From Epiperipatus broadwayi (taxonomy: Eukaryota; Animalia; Onychophora), in assembly GCA_028023455.1 (NCBI GenBank), contig JAQFVV010000005.1, forward strand, positions 8,370,001 through 8,434,000: a stretch of 64,000 bases of DNA, written 5' to 3'. Shown here piece by piece: positions 1 through 11,382 of this stretch. Numbering within the stretch: position 1 is the first letter of the stretch; every line of letters begins with the position of its first letter. The notes below the pieces were generated by a model, which was not told the origin of the DNA, ran no database searches, and saw only the letters and a list, made by a program, of their open reading frames with translations. A program made the position numbers and the translations under genes.

Positions 1-249
1 ATTTAGAAATTTAGTTTGTATTTGCCTTCAAATATTAATTTTATTGATCATACAAATTTTTTACACCTAGGAGAGGATAGGGCAAACCAATCTCTTCTTT
101 ATACAGAATTGACATTTCCTTTTAATATAAATTCAATTTTTTTATGATTATTAATCTTGGCTGTAATTTTAATTAACACTATTAAAATAATGTTTTTTCC
201 ATTTGTTTCATTAGTTTTAAGTTGTTACCTCTAATGTTGAATAGATCTT

Positions 250-1100
250 CATTTCTTTATGTAAATAGATCCAATACCTCAGAGACATTATTAAGTAAAC
301 CCCAAATCCATTGTCTATTTTCATTTTTACAGATTTATTACAGAATAACTCTATCAACATTATTGGAGGAAATTGTCTTGTTGACTTAAACTCTGGGATT
401 AGTTAGTCTAAGTTTACTTTTAAATAGTTTCTTTTTGTATATTCTTTGATTTTTATATGTCAGACTTTGCCTAGATGACCTAATTTATCACAGCATTTGC
501 ATTTTATTAATTACATCTCATTCTATGTGCCAAAGTTTCTCCACAGCAGTAGCATTCTAATTTTTTTTTCTCACTATTCAGATTTGCTTGCTTTTTAGAA
601 TTATTGTTTGGAGTTTTTTTACATCAGATTGCTGAAACTCTTTTGCTTTACTAGTTCCAGTATATGATAAATCCCTCTTTTGATAACTTTTGCATACAAC
701 AGGTCTGAAGTGGCCAATAGCTGCTATTGAAGTTTATTACTATTCATACCCCACAAACTATTCCAACAACACTTCCTCCATATGCACAATTCTTTGCCAA
801 GTCTTTTAAAACTGCATCATAATCTCTACACTCCTTCTCTTTACTTGCATCTATTCCATAAATAAAAGATGCACTATGTCTTAGAGAGTTCAGAGCTAAA
901 ATAATTACTCAACCATTTTATTAATTTTACATAAGAGAAACTTTCTGGGTCAGCCAATTTGTAGAATTTGTAATTTCAATTAATCTAAGACCATGAAAAG
1001 GAATAATGTGGCAACTTACATAACACCATCTTTAATATTATTAACTAAAGTACTTGTCTATGTTTTGAATAGATCAGACATAGTTAACCTGCATGTAGCC
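250..1100 (-). mobile_element. Decayed Ty3/Gypsy LTR-retrotransposon gag + aspartic protease remnant
   Basis: Manual minus-strand translation gives a gag-like segment (DPESFSYVKLIKWL...DYDAVLKDLAKNCAYG) and double zinc-knuckle remnants (CYCCG at 541-554; CKCCDKLGH at ~474-501). These are followed by PPIML...VKMKIDNGFGV, with DNG at 307-315 in place of the protease DTG. Many stops and frameshifts. Confidence 0.65.
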
Positions 1101-1169
1101 CACCAATTCATTGACAGTTAAGCAGATATTCTATCAGTCATGAGAGAGAGAAAAAAAAAGATTTTTAAT

Positions 1170-1542
1170 TAACAACTAATCACTTGTGGTTGATTTTTTT
1201 TTATTGATATACTAATAATGTTGGCTATCAATTTTTTAATTTCACAGACCTAAATAACCAAGGAGGTGAAAAAAACCTGCCTTTATTGTTAACAAATACA
1301 TATTGTTAACAAGTACGTATTTGCATTTGATTTATAAACAACCATATGGGAAAGAACTTGTCTTTATTGTTAACCATTTACATTTGATTATGATTTTTTT
1401 TATTGACATGCTAATGATGTTAGCTGTCAATTTTTTAACTTCACAACCATGGGGGCAAGAAACTGTCTTTATTCTTAATGAGTAACCAATCACATTTAAT
1501 TTTGATTTTTTTATTGACATGTTAATAATGTTAGCTGTCAAT
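1170..1542. repeat. Degenerate tandem repeat, 3 copies of a GATTTTTTTATTGAYATRYTAATRATGTTRGCTRTCAAT core
   Basis: The core recurs at ~1193, ~1393 and ~1504, with partly repeated flanks (AACCAT.GGG...CTTTATT). Confidence 0.6.
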
Positions 1543-1677
1543 ATCCTGTCATAACAGCACCAAATCTGTTGTTTATATGTGAATTAATATAAACATAGAC
1601 TTGTAAAATATGTTTATATAATGAAATCTGGACTAGTTATTATTTGAAAGCAAGGCGAGATATAATGTGTATCATAA

Positions 1678-1767
1678 CACAGGTAAAACTCTCTAAACGT
1701 ATTGCCACTCAGTGCAAGCCAGAATTAATAACAGTTAAGGGCAAGCATAAGAAATAGTTATCATGTG
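1678..1767. mobile_element. Family-1 mini insertion (90 bp; inverted arm fused to the family 3' end)
   Basis: CAGGTAAAACTCTC...GCCACTCAGTGCAAGCCAGA + TTAATAACAGTTAAGGGCAAGCATAAGAAA matches the 20191-20589 element. Flanked by ATG(T/C)GTATCATAA at 1665-1677 and 1768-1780. Confidence 0.75.
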
Positions 1768-1824
1768 ATGCGTATCATAAGTGATTTAAAGAACTTGTAG
1801 TTTTGTAATGTATTATTTTGAATC

Positions 1825-3608
1825 GAACGACCTCTTCAAATAAAAAACAAAAAGTATCTGATGAAATAAAGTGTTTCAAGATAATTGGGAAGAGAAATAT
1901 TTTGTTGTGTTAAATAAAAAAGATTCAGCAATATATTTGATTTGTCAAAAAGTATCATTTAAAAAATATAACATTAATCGTCATTATACTATGAAATATA
2001 AATTGCTTAATGATACTTTTTCTCATGAGTCTAATAAGAAGTGAAAAATTAGCTATCTTCAAGAAATTATTGCAACAATAACAAAATGTTATCATCAGTG
2101 ACAATCCTAAAAGAAATTTGTTACATATTTGGCAAAAATATGAAACCAAATACTGATGCTGATGTTGTGAAGGAATGTTTAATAAATACATCCAATATGT
2201 TATTTGATAACAAATTAAGAAACTACAACTCTCAGATTCTACATGCATTAAATGAATTAAAGATATTGTAAAACATATTTCCAATAACATAATAAAAGAT
2301 TTGAAAAATGAAATTTTTTACTTTGACTGTTGATTCTAGGACTGACATTTCAGCAACATCATAATGTGTCATTTTCATCAGATATTGTACTGAACAGCCT
2401 TCAATTTATGAAGATTTTTTGAAAATTTCTTTCAATGATGAATTGATAATATCATTACTTTTCTGGAAATGAATAATATTGAAATAAAAAAATTGGTATC
2501 TGTGTACACTGATGGATGTCCTTTAATGATTAGATCTAAAAAGGGATTTGTTTTTCTATTAAAAAAGAAACAATTTAACAAATTTATTATCATTTCACTG
2601 TTTAATTCATAAAGAAATCTTGGGAGCACATATATCAATAAAAGAATAGATGCTGTGATGAAATCTGTTATAAACATTGTGAATTATATTCGAGCACAAG
2701 AACTGAATCACAGAAAATTTAAAAATCTTTTGAAAAAAATAAATAGTAATTATGGAGATGGTGTGATGACAAAGCAGAGGTAAAGTTTTGATAATTTTTT
2801 TTCATTACAAATTATTTCTTTGGATAGCTTTTTTTCATTATGATATTAAATTATTCTTACAAGAAAACAATAAAGTTTATAATGAGCTTGACAGTGATGA
2901 ATGGTGGTGTCTTTTAAAGGTTTTTTATTTGACATCACAGAAAAACTTTGAGATCTTAATATTCATTTACGTGGCGAAAATAAAATTATTTTCCAAATGG
3001 CAAATAAAGCATTCGTGTTTGAAGAAACAAAGTATGTATTACTAATATATCCAAAGCCAAATATTACATCACTTCCCAATGTCAACAAAAGTTAAGATGA
3101 TATTGACATTTCTTCAGAAACCTATACCATCAATTCAAATTATTTAGCTGTCTTATTGAAAAAAATTTAAAGCAGATTTCAAGATTTAAGAAATATTAGG
3201 AATTGTCTCTTACTTATAAAAAATCCCTGGCACTTAGAAATAACAACTATTGCATTTGGAGTTGATTATATTAGGTTATTTGCAAATTTGTTGAATTTAA
3301 AAATATCATGACTTTGGAGGTCTTTTTTAAAAAAAAAAAAAAAAAAGGGAAAGGAGTATATGGACTTTTAGAAATTAGTGCCTGAAAAATATAAAACCGT
3401 CAAAAAGTGTGCACAAATGTTGCTTAAGTTGTTTGTAATAACATATTTTTGTGAATCATCTTCAAAAATGAGATATATGAAGAATGTATAAAGAAACGGG
3501 CTTACTGATTCATACCTTGAAGTTATATTAAGAGTAGCATGTAGCACTCATAAACCTGATTTATCTAAAATTGTTAAAAGTTTATCTCAATATCAAAAAT
3601 TGCATTAA
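1825..3608 (+). mobile_element. Decayed hAT (Buster/Charlie/SPIN-like, GTF2IRD2-like) transposase
   Basis: Fragments in shifting frames: N-terminal KQKVSDE..FQDNWEEKYFVV..KYNINRHY; TLTVDSRTDIS (DESTD-like); VSVYTDGCPLMIRSKKGFV; FHCLIHKEIL; VMKSVINIVNYIRAQELNHRKFKNLL; C-terminal RNGLTDSYLEVILRVACSTHKPDLSK..YQKLH* ending at 3608. Confidence 0.85.
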
Positions 3609-3679
3609 TACTTAAATAAATGTTTCAGACAAATAAAGGTTTTTAGGTCTTATTAACCTGTTAATTATAAGATATAGTA

Positions 3680-3759
3680 CAGTGGTTTACAACCTATAGC
3701 ACACCCAAATTGAGAAGTCACATATTTTTCATGTGACACTAACTGGTTGCTGACAACTG
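3680..3759. mobile_element. Possible 80-bp hAT-type MITE, or the 3' end of the adjacent hAT
   Basis: Imperfect terminal inverted repeats CAGTGGTTTACAACC / GGTTGCTGACAACTG (11/15). The 8-bp flanks ATATAGTA / ATAGAGCA match at 6/8. Confidence 0.3.
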
Positions 3760-4187
3760 ATAGAGCATGTTGCGACCCTCTTGATGTAGCAAACAAATGG
3801 ATGTGACACAAGAAAGAAAAGGATTGAATATGGCTGCTATAGATAGATCACCCAGAGGATTATTAATGTTAAATTTTATTCTCAACTGTAATATTGCCAT
3901 ATTTTTATCAACTATAGCTCAGTACCCTTAAATATATTTTTTAGATTTTTAACTTGTTTCAAGTGATTAACACAATCTTTGGTCCCAAGGGTTCTCAGAA
4001 TGCACCAATTTCTAGACACGGAATATGCTAGTTGACTATACTAATTAATGTGCTGCTTATCACTTTTCAAGCAATGACAATCATGACTCAAAAAAAGAAT
4101 ACAAATGGAAACAAATTTTTAAAAAAGATCATCGAACATGGAAAAAAGCTAATTTGAATATTTAATAGAAATGTTAAATGCTAACTT

Positions 4188-4857
4188 ATACAGTAGCAAA
4201 CTCTCCACACAGTAGTGCCATCCAGTGTAAACCTTAGCAATTAATGGATGCAAGGTTTATCTATAACATCCTTATCCAGGGCCTACTCATCCAATATCTC
4301 TAGACTAGTTCCTTGCTTGTGGTTTTCATCAATCAGGAGCCTTGGATCTGAGAGCACTATACCTTGATTTTTGGATCTGGTGCAAACCTCCAGCAGTCAT
4401 CTTTTACCTATTTAGTTATCTATAAAGCTATGATTCTAAGATGAAACTATAACGTTTTCAATGCAAGCTCATTCACTTGTATAGTTATATAGATCTGAAC
4501 CCAATTTATATATTTTAGTGTCTTTGGTTTTTTAAAAACAAATCATAATTATTATATGGGCAGGATTGGTATAGAACCACTATAACTTCACACAATCACT
4601 ATTTCCTATGCTGGAGGATTGCATTAGATCCTTTAAGTGCAATGCTTTCAGATCCAAGACTGCTCACTGATGAAAGCTAAAAACTAATCTGGGAATATTG
4701 GATGAGTAGGCATTAGACAGGGATTTTATGCATAAACCTTCTGGCATCCATTGATTATTAAGGCTTTCACTGTGTGGCACTACTGCACTGAGAGTTTGCT
4801 ACTATATTAACAGCTAGTATAAGCATAGAAAATAGTGATCATGTGGTATTATACTGG
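4188..4857. mobile_element. Family-1 older copy with nested inverted arms and degenerate hammerhead motifs
   Basis: Arm ~4190-4390 is the reverse complement of ~4610-4806, and ~4577-4612 is inverted relative to ~4820-4857. CTGATGA at 4667-4673 is followed by an eroded helix II and AAACTAATCTGGGAA. Confidence 0.75.
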
Positions 4858-5619
4858 TTTGAAATGTAATTTCCAATAATAATACAACTATACAAAGAAT
4901 CAGATATAATACAAATTAACATTATGTCACAAAATAATAGTGTAGCCTGAAAGGCATATAAAAATTATAATCAAAATCAAGATGGTCTTTAAACTTCCCT
5001 AGATCCCATTTATAATCTTAAGCTGGAAGGCCACTGTTATAAAGGTCTGTCCAGTTCCTCCATCTGTCTGATTGGTACTTCAAGCTTATATTAGCAGCTT
5101 CTGTTTTATGCCCAGGCAGTCGTGATTGATATTTTATGCTTCTCTGGAGAATTCTAGAATTTTCTAGGAAGTCTTTGTATTTTAGGAATAATTAATTAGT
5201 CATCCTGATAGATACAAATGAGACTTATATTTGATTTAATGTAATAATTTATTTGTGCATTTCTTGCATTCTTTAGACCTCTGTTTTAATTATACATCCA
5301 TTAAAGCATTTCTTCTGTTCAGTCTTCTGCTTTCATTTCATGTTTCTCTAATTATAGTTTTATATTATTTAATTTTATATGAAAGTACATATTTCACACT
5401 CTGAGCCAAAGCATTATCCACCCAATAAAATTTATTAGGCTATTTTTATTAGATATATATTGTCAAATAATAACTATTACTAACATTTCTTTATGTCAGC
5501 CGTAATGGGCTGAAAAGTTGCTAAATTTGGAAAGTAACTTACTTTACAAATAAAATTGCAGTATTGTATGTAAATTAATACACTGTACAAGCTTATACAC
5601 ACCTGCACATATATAATGT

Positions 5620-5740
5620 AATATAAGGGATTCGAACTCAGACTTTCACTCAAACCTCCATGCCATCTCATATTGCTGACCCACTTGATCATACACATGT
5701 TGAAAAGATAAATACAGAAATCACCAATATACGTATTTCA
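5620..5740 (-). mobile_element. Family-2 partial copy (3' half of the hammerhead plus B-box-like motif)
   Basis: The reverse complement reads GAAATACGTATATTGGTGATT...TTTATCTTTTCAACATGTG...GAAAGTCTGAGTTCGAATCCC, homologous to 8070-8184. Confidence 0.7.
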
Positions 5741-5759
5741 TTATACAGTATATATATAT

Positions 5760-7240
5760 TTGAGCATGCGTAGTTTGAACAATTTTAACGCCATTTTGAT
5801 CGAAAGACAAAAAAAGTGAATAAGTTAAATGCGATTTTGATATTTTTTCATAGGGTGAAAAATAAGCATAGAAGTAAGATTTTGTTGTTTATATTTTTTT
5901 AAATAGTAATTTAACATATTAATGATGTAAATAAAAAGGACCTTTAATTAATGTTTTTTTCTTCTTTTAATTAAAACTGTTAACCAAGTGACTATTTGAC
6001 AAGGGGAAAATATTTTTTATATTGTATATATATGTAAACACTTAACTTTAATATAACTTTAAATCCTGATCATAAGCGCTGGAATTGGAAATATTTAAAA
6101 ATTTATCTCTCGCCTCCCATAATTGTGTCTTACATGCAAGAGATGTAAACAATTATAGTTTTTACATGTCCTCGATCTTATTGTAATATAATGGCTACAT
6201 TTAAGGATTGTTTATAATAAAATAATAGTGTGTACATGTGTAGTTTAAATTACATGTTTAACGTATTAATGGGTCTAACTCTTAACTTTGGCAAATAAAT
6301 TTAAAATGTAATTCTGCATAGTTTAAAATTAAAAAATCATTTAAGAAATTATAAATAGTATTGAAGCGATAAATCTGTAATCCAGATTCATGCTTCGTGT
6401 GCTATCGCTTGACTAACCTCCAAATTGGGATCAAATCCATTTGTTCTCGTGCCTAGATCATATAGAGAGCAACCATGCACTTCCACGTAACTCTACCCGA
6501 ACCTAAACAACCATCTAATCAAGTTATTAATATTTCGTTTTTAAAATTAAATTATAGTCAAATTTCCCAAATAATTGTTATAACATGTATAGTCGTGTAT
6601 GTGCGTTTACGTATATGCGGCGGATTTGTATGAGTAATGTGAATATTTTAATATATTTTATTTAATATTTTATATTTTTGGTTACACTATTTTATATTCA
6701 TAAAATCGTTTCAGTAGGTGATGAAGTAAGTTGCCTTAAGATAGGAAATTAAAAAACAATAGCAAAATCCATTAAATTAAAAGTCATGCGAATCTATTTC
6801 TAAATTAGAAATAGATTCAGAACAATAGCTTCAAGGATCTATCAGTCTATTGCATCTTTTATTGCACAAAAGTAAAAGTATATTTCCTTCTGATTAAGAT
6901 CATACGAGGCAAGTCTGCGTCCGCATTGCCATGGGTGATTTTCTTAAAAGCATTCCTAGAAAACTTCAGCCGAATATAACTAGGGCTTATTTTGATATCA
7001 GAGAAGACAGTCAGTAAAATTCAAATTCGGTTATTAAGCCGAATTCACGCCAGTTTAAATTTAAATATTATGACCAATGAGTAGAGAGACTTTGTCTGCC
7101 TTCTCCCGATCTTTCCAGGATTACCTCTGCTATGATGCCGTGCTACGAACAAATGGACTGCCTTGTAATGCTTTTTGAAATGATTTGAGAATAGAATGCT
7201 ACCTCCATTTCTCATGAACCAAGGACCACCCGTGCTCCAG
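5760..7240. promoter_or_regulatory. CpG-retaining region, candidate promoter/5' exons
   Basis: About 25 CpG by eye in 6361-7240, versus about 1 in a similar length at 12900-13800. Donor-like sites GAA|GTAAGT (6726) and GAAG|GTAACT (~7278). Confidence 0.4.
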
Positions 7241-7466
7241 TATAAATTGCTCACAGAAGAATGAATCTTTCAAATCAACATGCTATTACAAAGGAAGGTA
7301 ACTTTTCTCTATTGCCTTAAGGATTCAGTTAATCTTCTATATTAATTACTATTACTTATATTAAAGTCTTTTATATTTTTAAATACTAGCCATGTAATCG
7401 TAATCATATTCTTATTATGACTCTTTATAATCTTATCAAATATTTTCTGTTTGCTTTTATTAAATA

Positions 7467-8234
7467 TAAATATAGGGGATTTGAACTCAGACTTTCAAGC
7501 ACCCTTCAACTATCCATATTATCTCATACCACTTATACATATGACCATATATCGACATATTTCATATATCTCCCACACATATATAATCGGTGCTCAGTTT
7601 ATATTAAGATAGCAAATCTTCATACTTTAATAGACAGGCTTCCATCCACTCCAACTCTTCAGCCATCCATACCATTGAAAATCTGATGATGGAAAGCCCA
7701 AATCCCATGCGGATGCCATGTTGACCTCAAGTCATTCTGATCCGTGCCTGTATTTCAAATATTTACACATTAAGCCTGCATCCTGCCCATCCCTCTTCTA
7801 TGTATTCAAATGGATAAGGTCCTATACTTGAGAGGTCAGAATGACTTGAGGTCAACATGGGCATAGCAATAATATTGTGCATCAGCATGGGATTTGGGCT
7901 TTCCATCATCAGATTTTCAATGGTATGGATACTGAAGAGTTAGAGATTGGAGTGTATTGAAGCCTTTCCATTAAATTATGAAGCTTAATATAAACTGAGC
8001 ACTGATTATATATATATGTGTGTGTGGGAGATGATAATCTGGACCAACTAATGAATGCTGATTTAGCATGAAATACATATACTGGTGATTATTTATCTTT
8101 TCTACTTGTGTGTGGTCATGTGTATCAGTTGTATGAGATAGTGTGGATAGTTGAAGGGTGCTTGAAAATCTGAGTTCAAATCCCTATACTTACAATTAAG
8201 CTCCAGGTATGTGAAGTGCCTGTATTTCAAATAT
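7467..8234 (+). mobile_element. Family-2 element: inverted partial copy + full 472-bp monomer with terminal redundancy, 12-bp TSD (Penelope pLTR/retrozyme-like)
   Basis: 7467-7743 is inverted relative to ~7832-8195. GTGCCTGTATTTCAAATATTT occurs at 7744 and 8216. TTTTATTAAATA flanks the element at 7455-7466 and 8235-8246. Confidence 0.85.
8043..8086 (+). ncRNA. Minimal type I hammerhead ribozyme motif (family 2; core G5>A, probably inactive)
   Basis: ACCAA-CTAATGA-ATGCT-GATTT-AGCAT-GAAA-TACATA-TA-CTGGT: 5-bp helix II, near-palindromic helix III, helix I ACCAA/CTGGT. Confidence 0.75.
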
Positions 8235-9499
8235 TTTTATTAAATAAGTCAGCTCAACTCCGCGAGCCTATATTTTATATTAGTCTTATAAATCCTAAGC
8301 ACTTCAGGGATATTTTAATTATCTCAAATTGTTTTAACGCTCTTGCTTGCTGAGTTGGGAACTATTTAAATAATGTCATTTCTGTTTCCCCGCAGATTAT
8401 TATTATAATACTGCCAAAAGTATATTTATTAAGTACAAATCTAATGTTATTTAAGAACGCTATTACTCATTTAAATTATATTTGAAACTAGTGTTACCAA
8501 TGTTTGAAAATGTAATTTTGGTAGGATTATTCCTTTACTGTAGTGCACAACTTCTGTTGTAGTCTGATTTTATCTTAGATATAAAATGATCTAAATCAGT
8601 GGTATAAACTAATGTTAATTGATCTTTCCTCCTTCATTGTGTCTTATCAGCGGGTAGTCAAATTCATTGTCAAATTGTCTGGTGGTTAATTGTTGTTTTG
8701 ACTAGTTTATACACATGATTTAATAATCACAGACTCATGTAAATATAAATGAATGTAAATACAAATATATGTAAATACATTTTATAATATATATATATTT
8801 AATGAAACATGAATACAAATACATACTCATGTTTACAATATATTTACAATGGCTACACTCCACTTGCTATTGTTGGCAAATTATAGCACTTGGTTGTGGG
8901 TGAATTATGAAAGAAGGGACTGCAGTTGCTCTTATAAGTTTCCTACCACTTTCAACTGTATTTTGTCCAACTTGCCAATGAGTAGTTCTAATAATACTTC
9001 TGGCTGTACTATTGACACCTTGCCTCATGCTAATGTTTGGTTCTAGCAGCTTCCAGACCTGAAGGTTGCCTCACTGCATTAACTATTTAGCTTAAATGCT
9101 ACTATCTGGAAAATGTGTATTCTGTCTTTCAGGTTTAATAGTTGTTCTCTGGAGAATAGATATATAGCTGTTCATGTTTGACGGTAGTTCTCTGAATATG
9201 TATGATTAATGTATATACTGCTGTTTACCCCTTTGACAGTAGTTCTCTGACTCTACCTTCAAAAAGACTGACTATTTATAGTCAGATACCATTCTTGATC
9301 GAAACCCTTGGATTCAGTGAGCAGCATTGCCTATTGTTTACATCTTGCCATTGGCTATGCATTATCTCTTTGTATATGCATTGGTCAGTGGGAATGAATG
9401 CTCAATCTGATCTAGATAAATGGAATCTGGACTAGTCCATTATTTGAAGGCAAGGTGAGATATGACATTAATGTCATTGGAATATGGACCTTTAAGGCT

Positions 9500-11000
9500 G
9501 TGAATTTTGGAAGAAATAAGTAAAGAAAGCATTGTCATAGCAGAGAGAAATAAAATGATACAAATAAGATAAAAATTATGACTCCCAAAGATTATCTGTA
9601 AAATGCATATCTGTGAAATGAAAATGAGAAACAAATTAAGCATGGAGAATGTGAATAAAAATGTGAAAGGAAATAGAATAACAGAGTTTGATTTAGTATA
9701 TAGTAGATTCATAGTTTTAGATGGCAAAAATAGAATTCAGGAATGAAATATAATTAATGATAATGAAAGTAGATATATCAGTTCTGTACATTAAATATAG
9801 AGAAGCACCTATGTATATTAATTGAAAAAATACCAAATATATAAAGATAAAATAGATATACAACAACAAACTAATTACAAAAGCTTGGATTGAGATGAGA
9901 TCTGATAAAGCACAGTAATATGATTCTATTTGAAGGTGGAAAGATTTAATAAGAAATTATTGAGATTTATAGTGTAATCTATAATAGAATTATAGTTACA
10001 TTGGAGAAAATGCCTAAAACCATGTTATGAAGATTTAGAAAAATTAATTTAATTTCAAATATATCTAACTATTTAGTTAAGCATATTGAACAAGTGAATA
10101 AACGGTTTAGTATTTTAGAAATTTTATATCTGCATAACATATTCATATTTAAGAAAAGATAGAATGATGAGAAGTAATGTTTGTTTCATTGATCTTATAA
10201 AAGCATATACAAAGAAAATTAAATTAATTTTCAATATTTTTAAAAAGGTATTAATTGGAAGGAAATATCTTGTTAGGAAATTTGTATATATATTAGAAAT
10301 ATTTATAAGATTTAATAAATTTTACAAAGGAAATGGATATAGAGTAGATTGGTGTAAGGTGGGACTATTTATTTAGATAAATCTCTGACTGTAGTTTTGA
10401 TAATTATGGAAATACTATTGGTACTAGAAATATTGGTTCATTATATTAGATTTGCTTATGATTAGTAAAACATTATGGATAGTAAAGATAAGCTAACAAA
10501 ATATATTGAGTTGAAAATAACAGAAAGTAAGTAACATACAGGTGTTACAGAACATCCCTGTCAATTTACGAAAGAGACTTGTTCAGTGTTTTGTTTGGAA
10601 TATCACTTTATAGTAGCAAAGAGATGAAAAATTTTTAGAAAGTTTTGAGATGCAGATTTCAAGGAGAATGGACTAAAATGGAATTATGAAATAGTAATAT
10701 AGAAATGTTGAAAAGAATAAGTAATAAAATTATATATTAAAGAAATTATAAAGGGGAAATGAAATTCGATAGGGTATTTGTTTCAGTTAAATGAAAATAT
10801 GAAAGTCATGTTGGAAGGACTGGGAAACATAAAAAAAGAAACAAATGGTAATTGTTTTAAGGAAGTAATAGAATAGTATTTGTAATAAAGTGGGATCGAG
10901 CAATAAATAAATGCCTGGAAAAGATTATTATTGTGCAATACTTGTGTTTTGGTAGATAACTAGTGATGAATATATAATGTGTTTGACATTAAAATATCTA
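9500..11000 (+). mobile_element. Highly decayed LINE (RT C-terminal half)
   Basis: Purine-rich strand with fragments IEQVNKRFSILEI (cf. IEQV..FKYLG) and KIKLIFNIFKKVLIG. Heavily disrupted. Confidence 0.3.
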
Positions 11001-11217
11001 CCTAAATAATGATTTTTAATTAATTACAAGTATTTCATAAATCAGAAATAAAGATTAAAAATAATTTATATAAAATATATATGTATTTGTGAATGGCTAA
11101 TTATGATTAATTTGTTTAGACAGCTCTATAAAATTAAAAAAAACTACTTAAATAGTCAAAATAAAAGTCATAGATCAATTCATAGATCACATGACCCTAT
11201 CTCTTAAGCTTGTAAGT

Positions 11218-11382
11218 TATAAACAGTGAGGATTGCCAATTCCTCTACAAGCTTTATGATAAATGCTTAGCCATGGTCAGGGGTTTGGGGAGGGGTTCCT
11301 GACAGAGATATTTTAAGTGCTGGCTCTGGCTAAGCATTTATCATAAAGCTTGTAGAGGAATTGGCAATCCTCACTGTTTATA
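11218..11382. repeat. Perfect 56-bp inverted repeat with 53-bp G-rich spacer (foldback/MITE-like)
   Basis: 11218-11273 TATAAACAGTGAGG...ATGCTTAGCCA is the exact reverse complement of 11327-11382. No TSD seen. Confidence 0.9.

Noticed and set aside
7045-7254. 69-aa minus-strand ORF in the CpG-rich region
   Set aside because: No recognisable motif; length is expected by chance at the locally higher GC.
7683-7725. Second CTGATGA on the opposite polarity of the family-2 monomer (possible ambisense ribozyme)
   Set aside because: No helix II followed by GAAA and a UH site could be built.
11279-11295. G-runs as a G-quadruplex
   Set aside because: Only three runs of 3 or more G are present.
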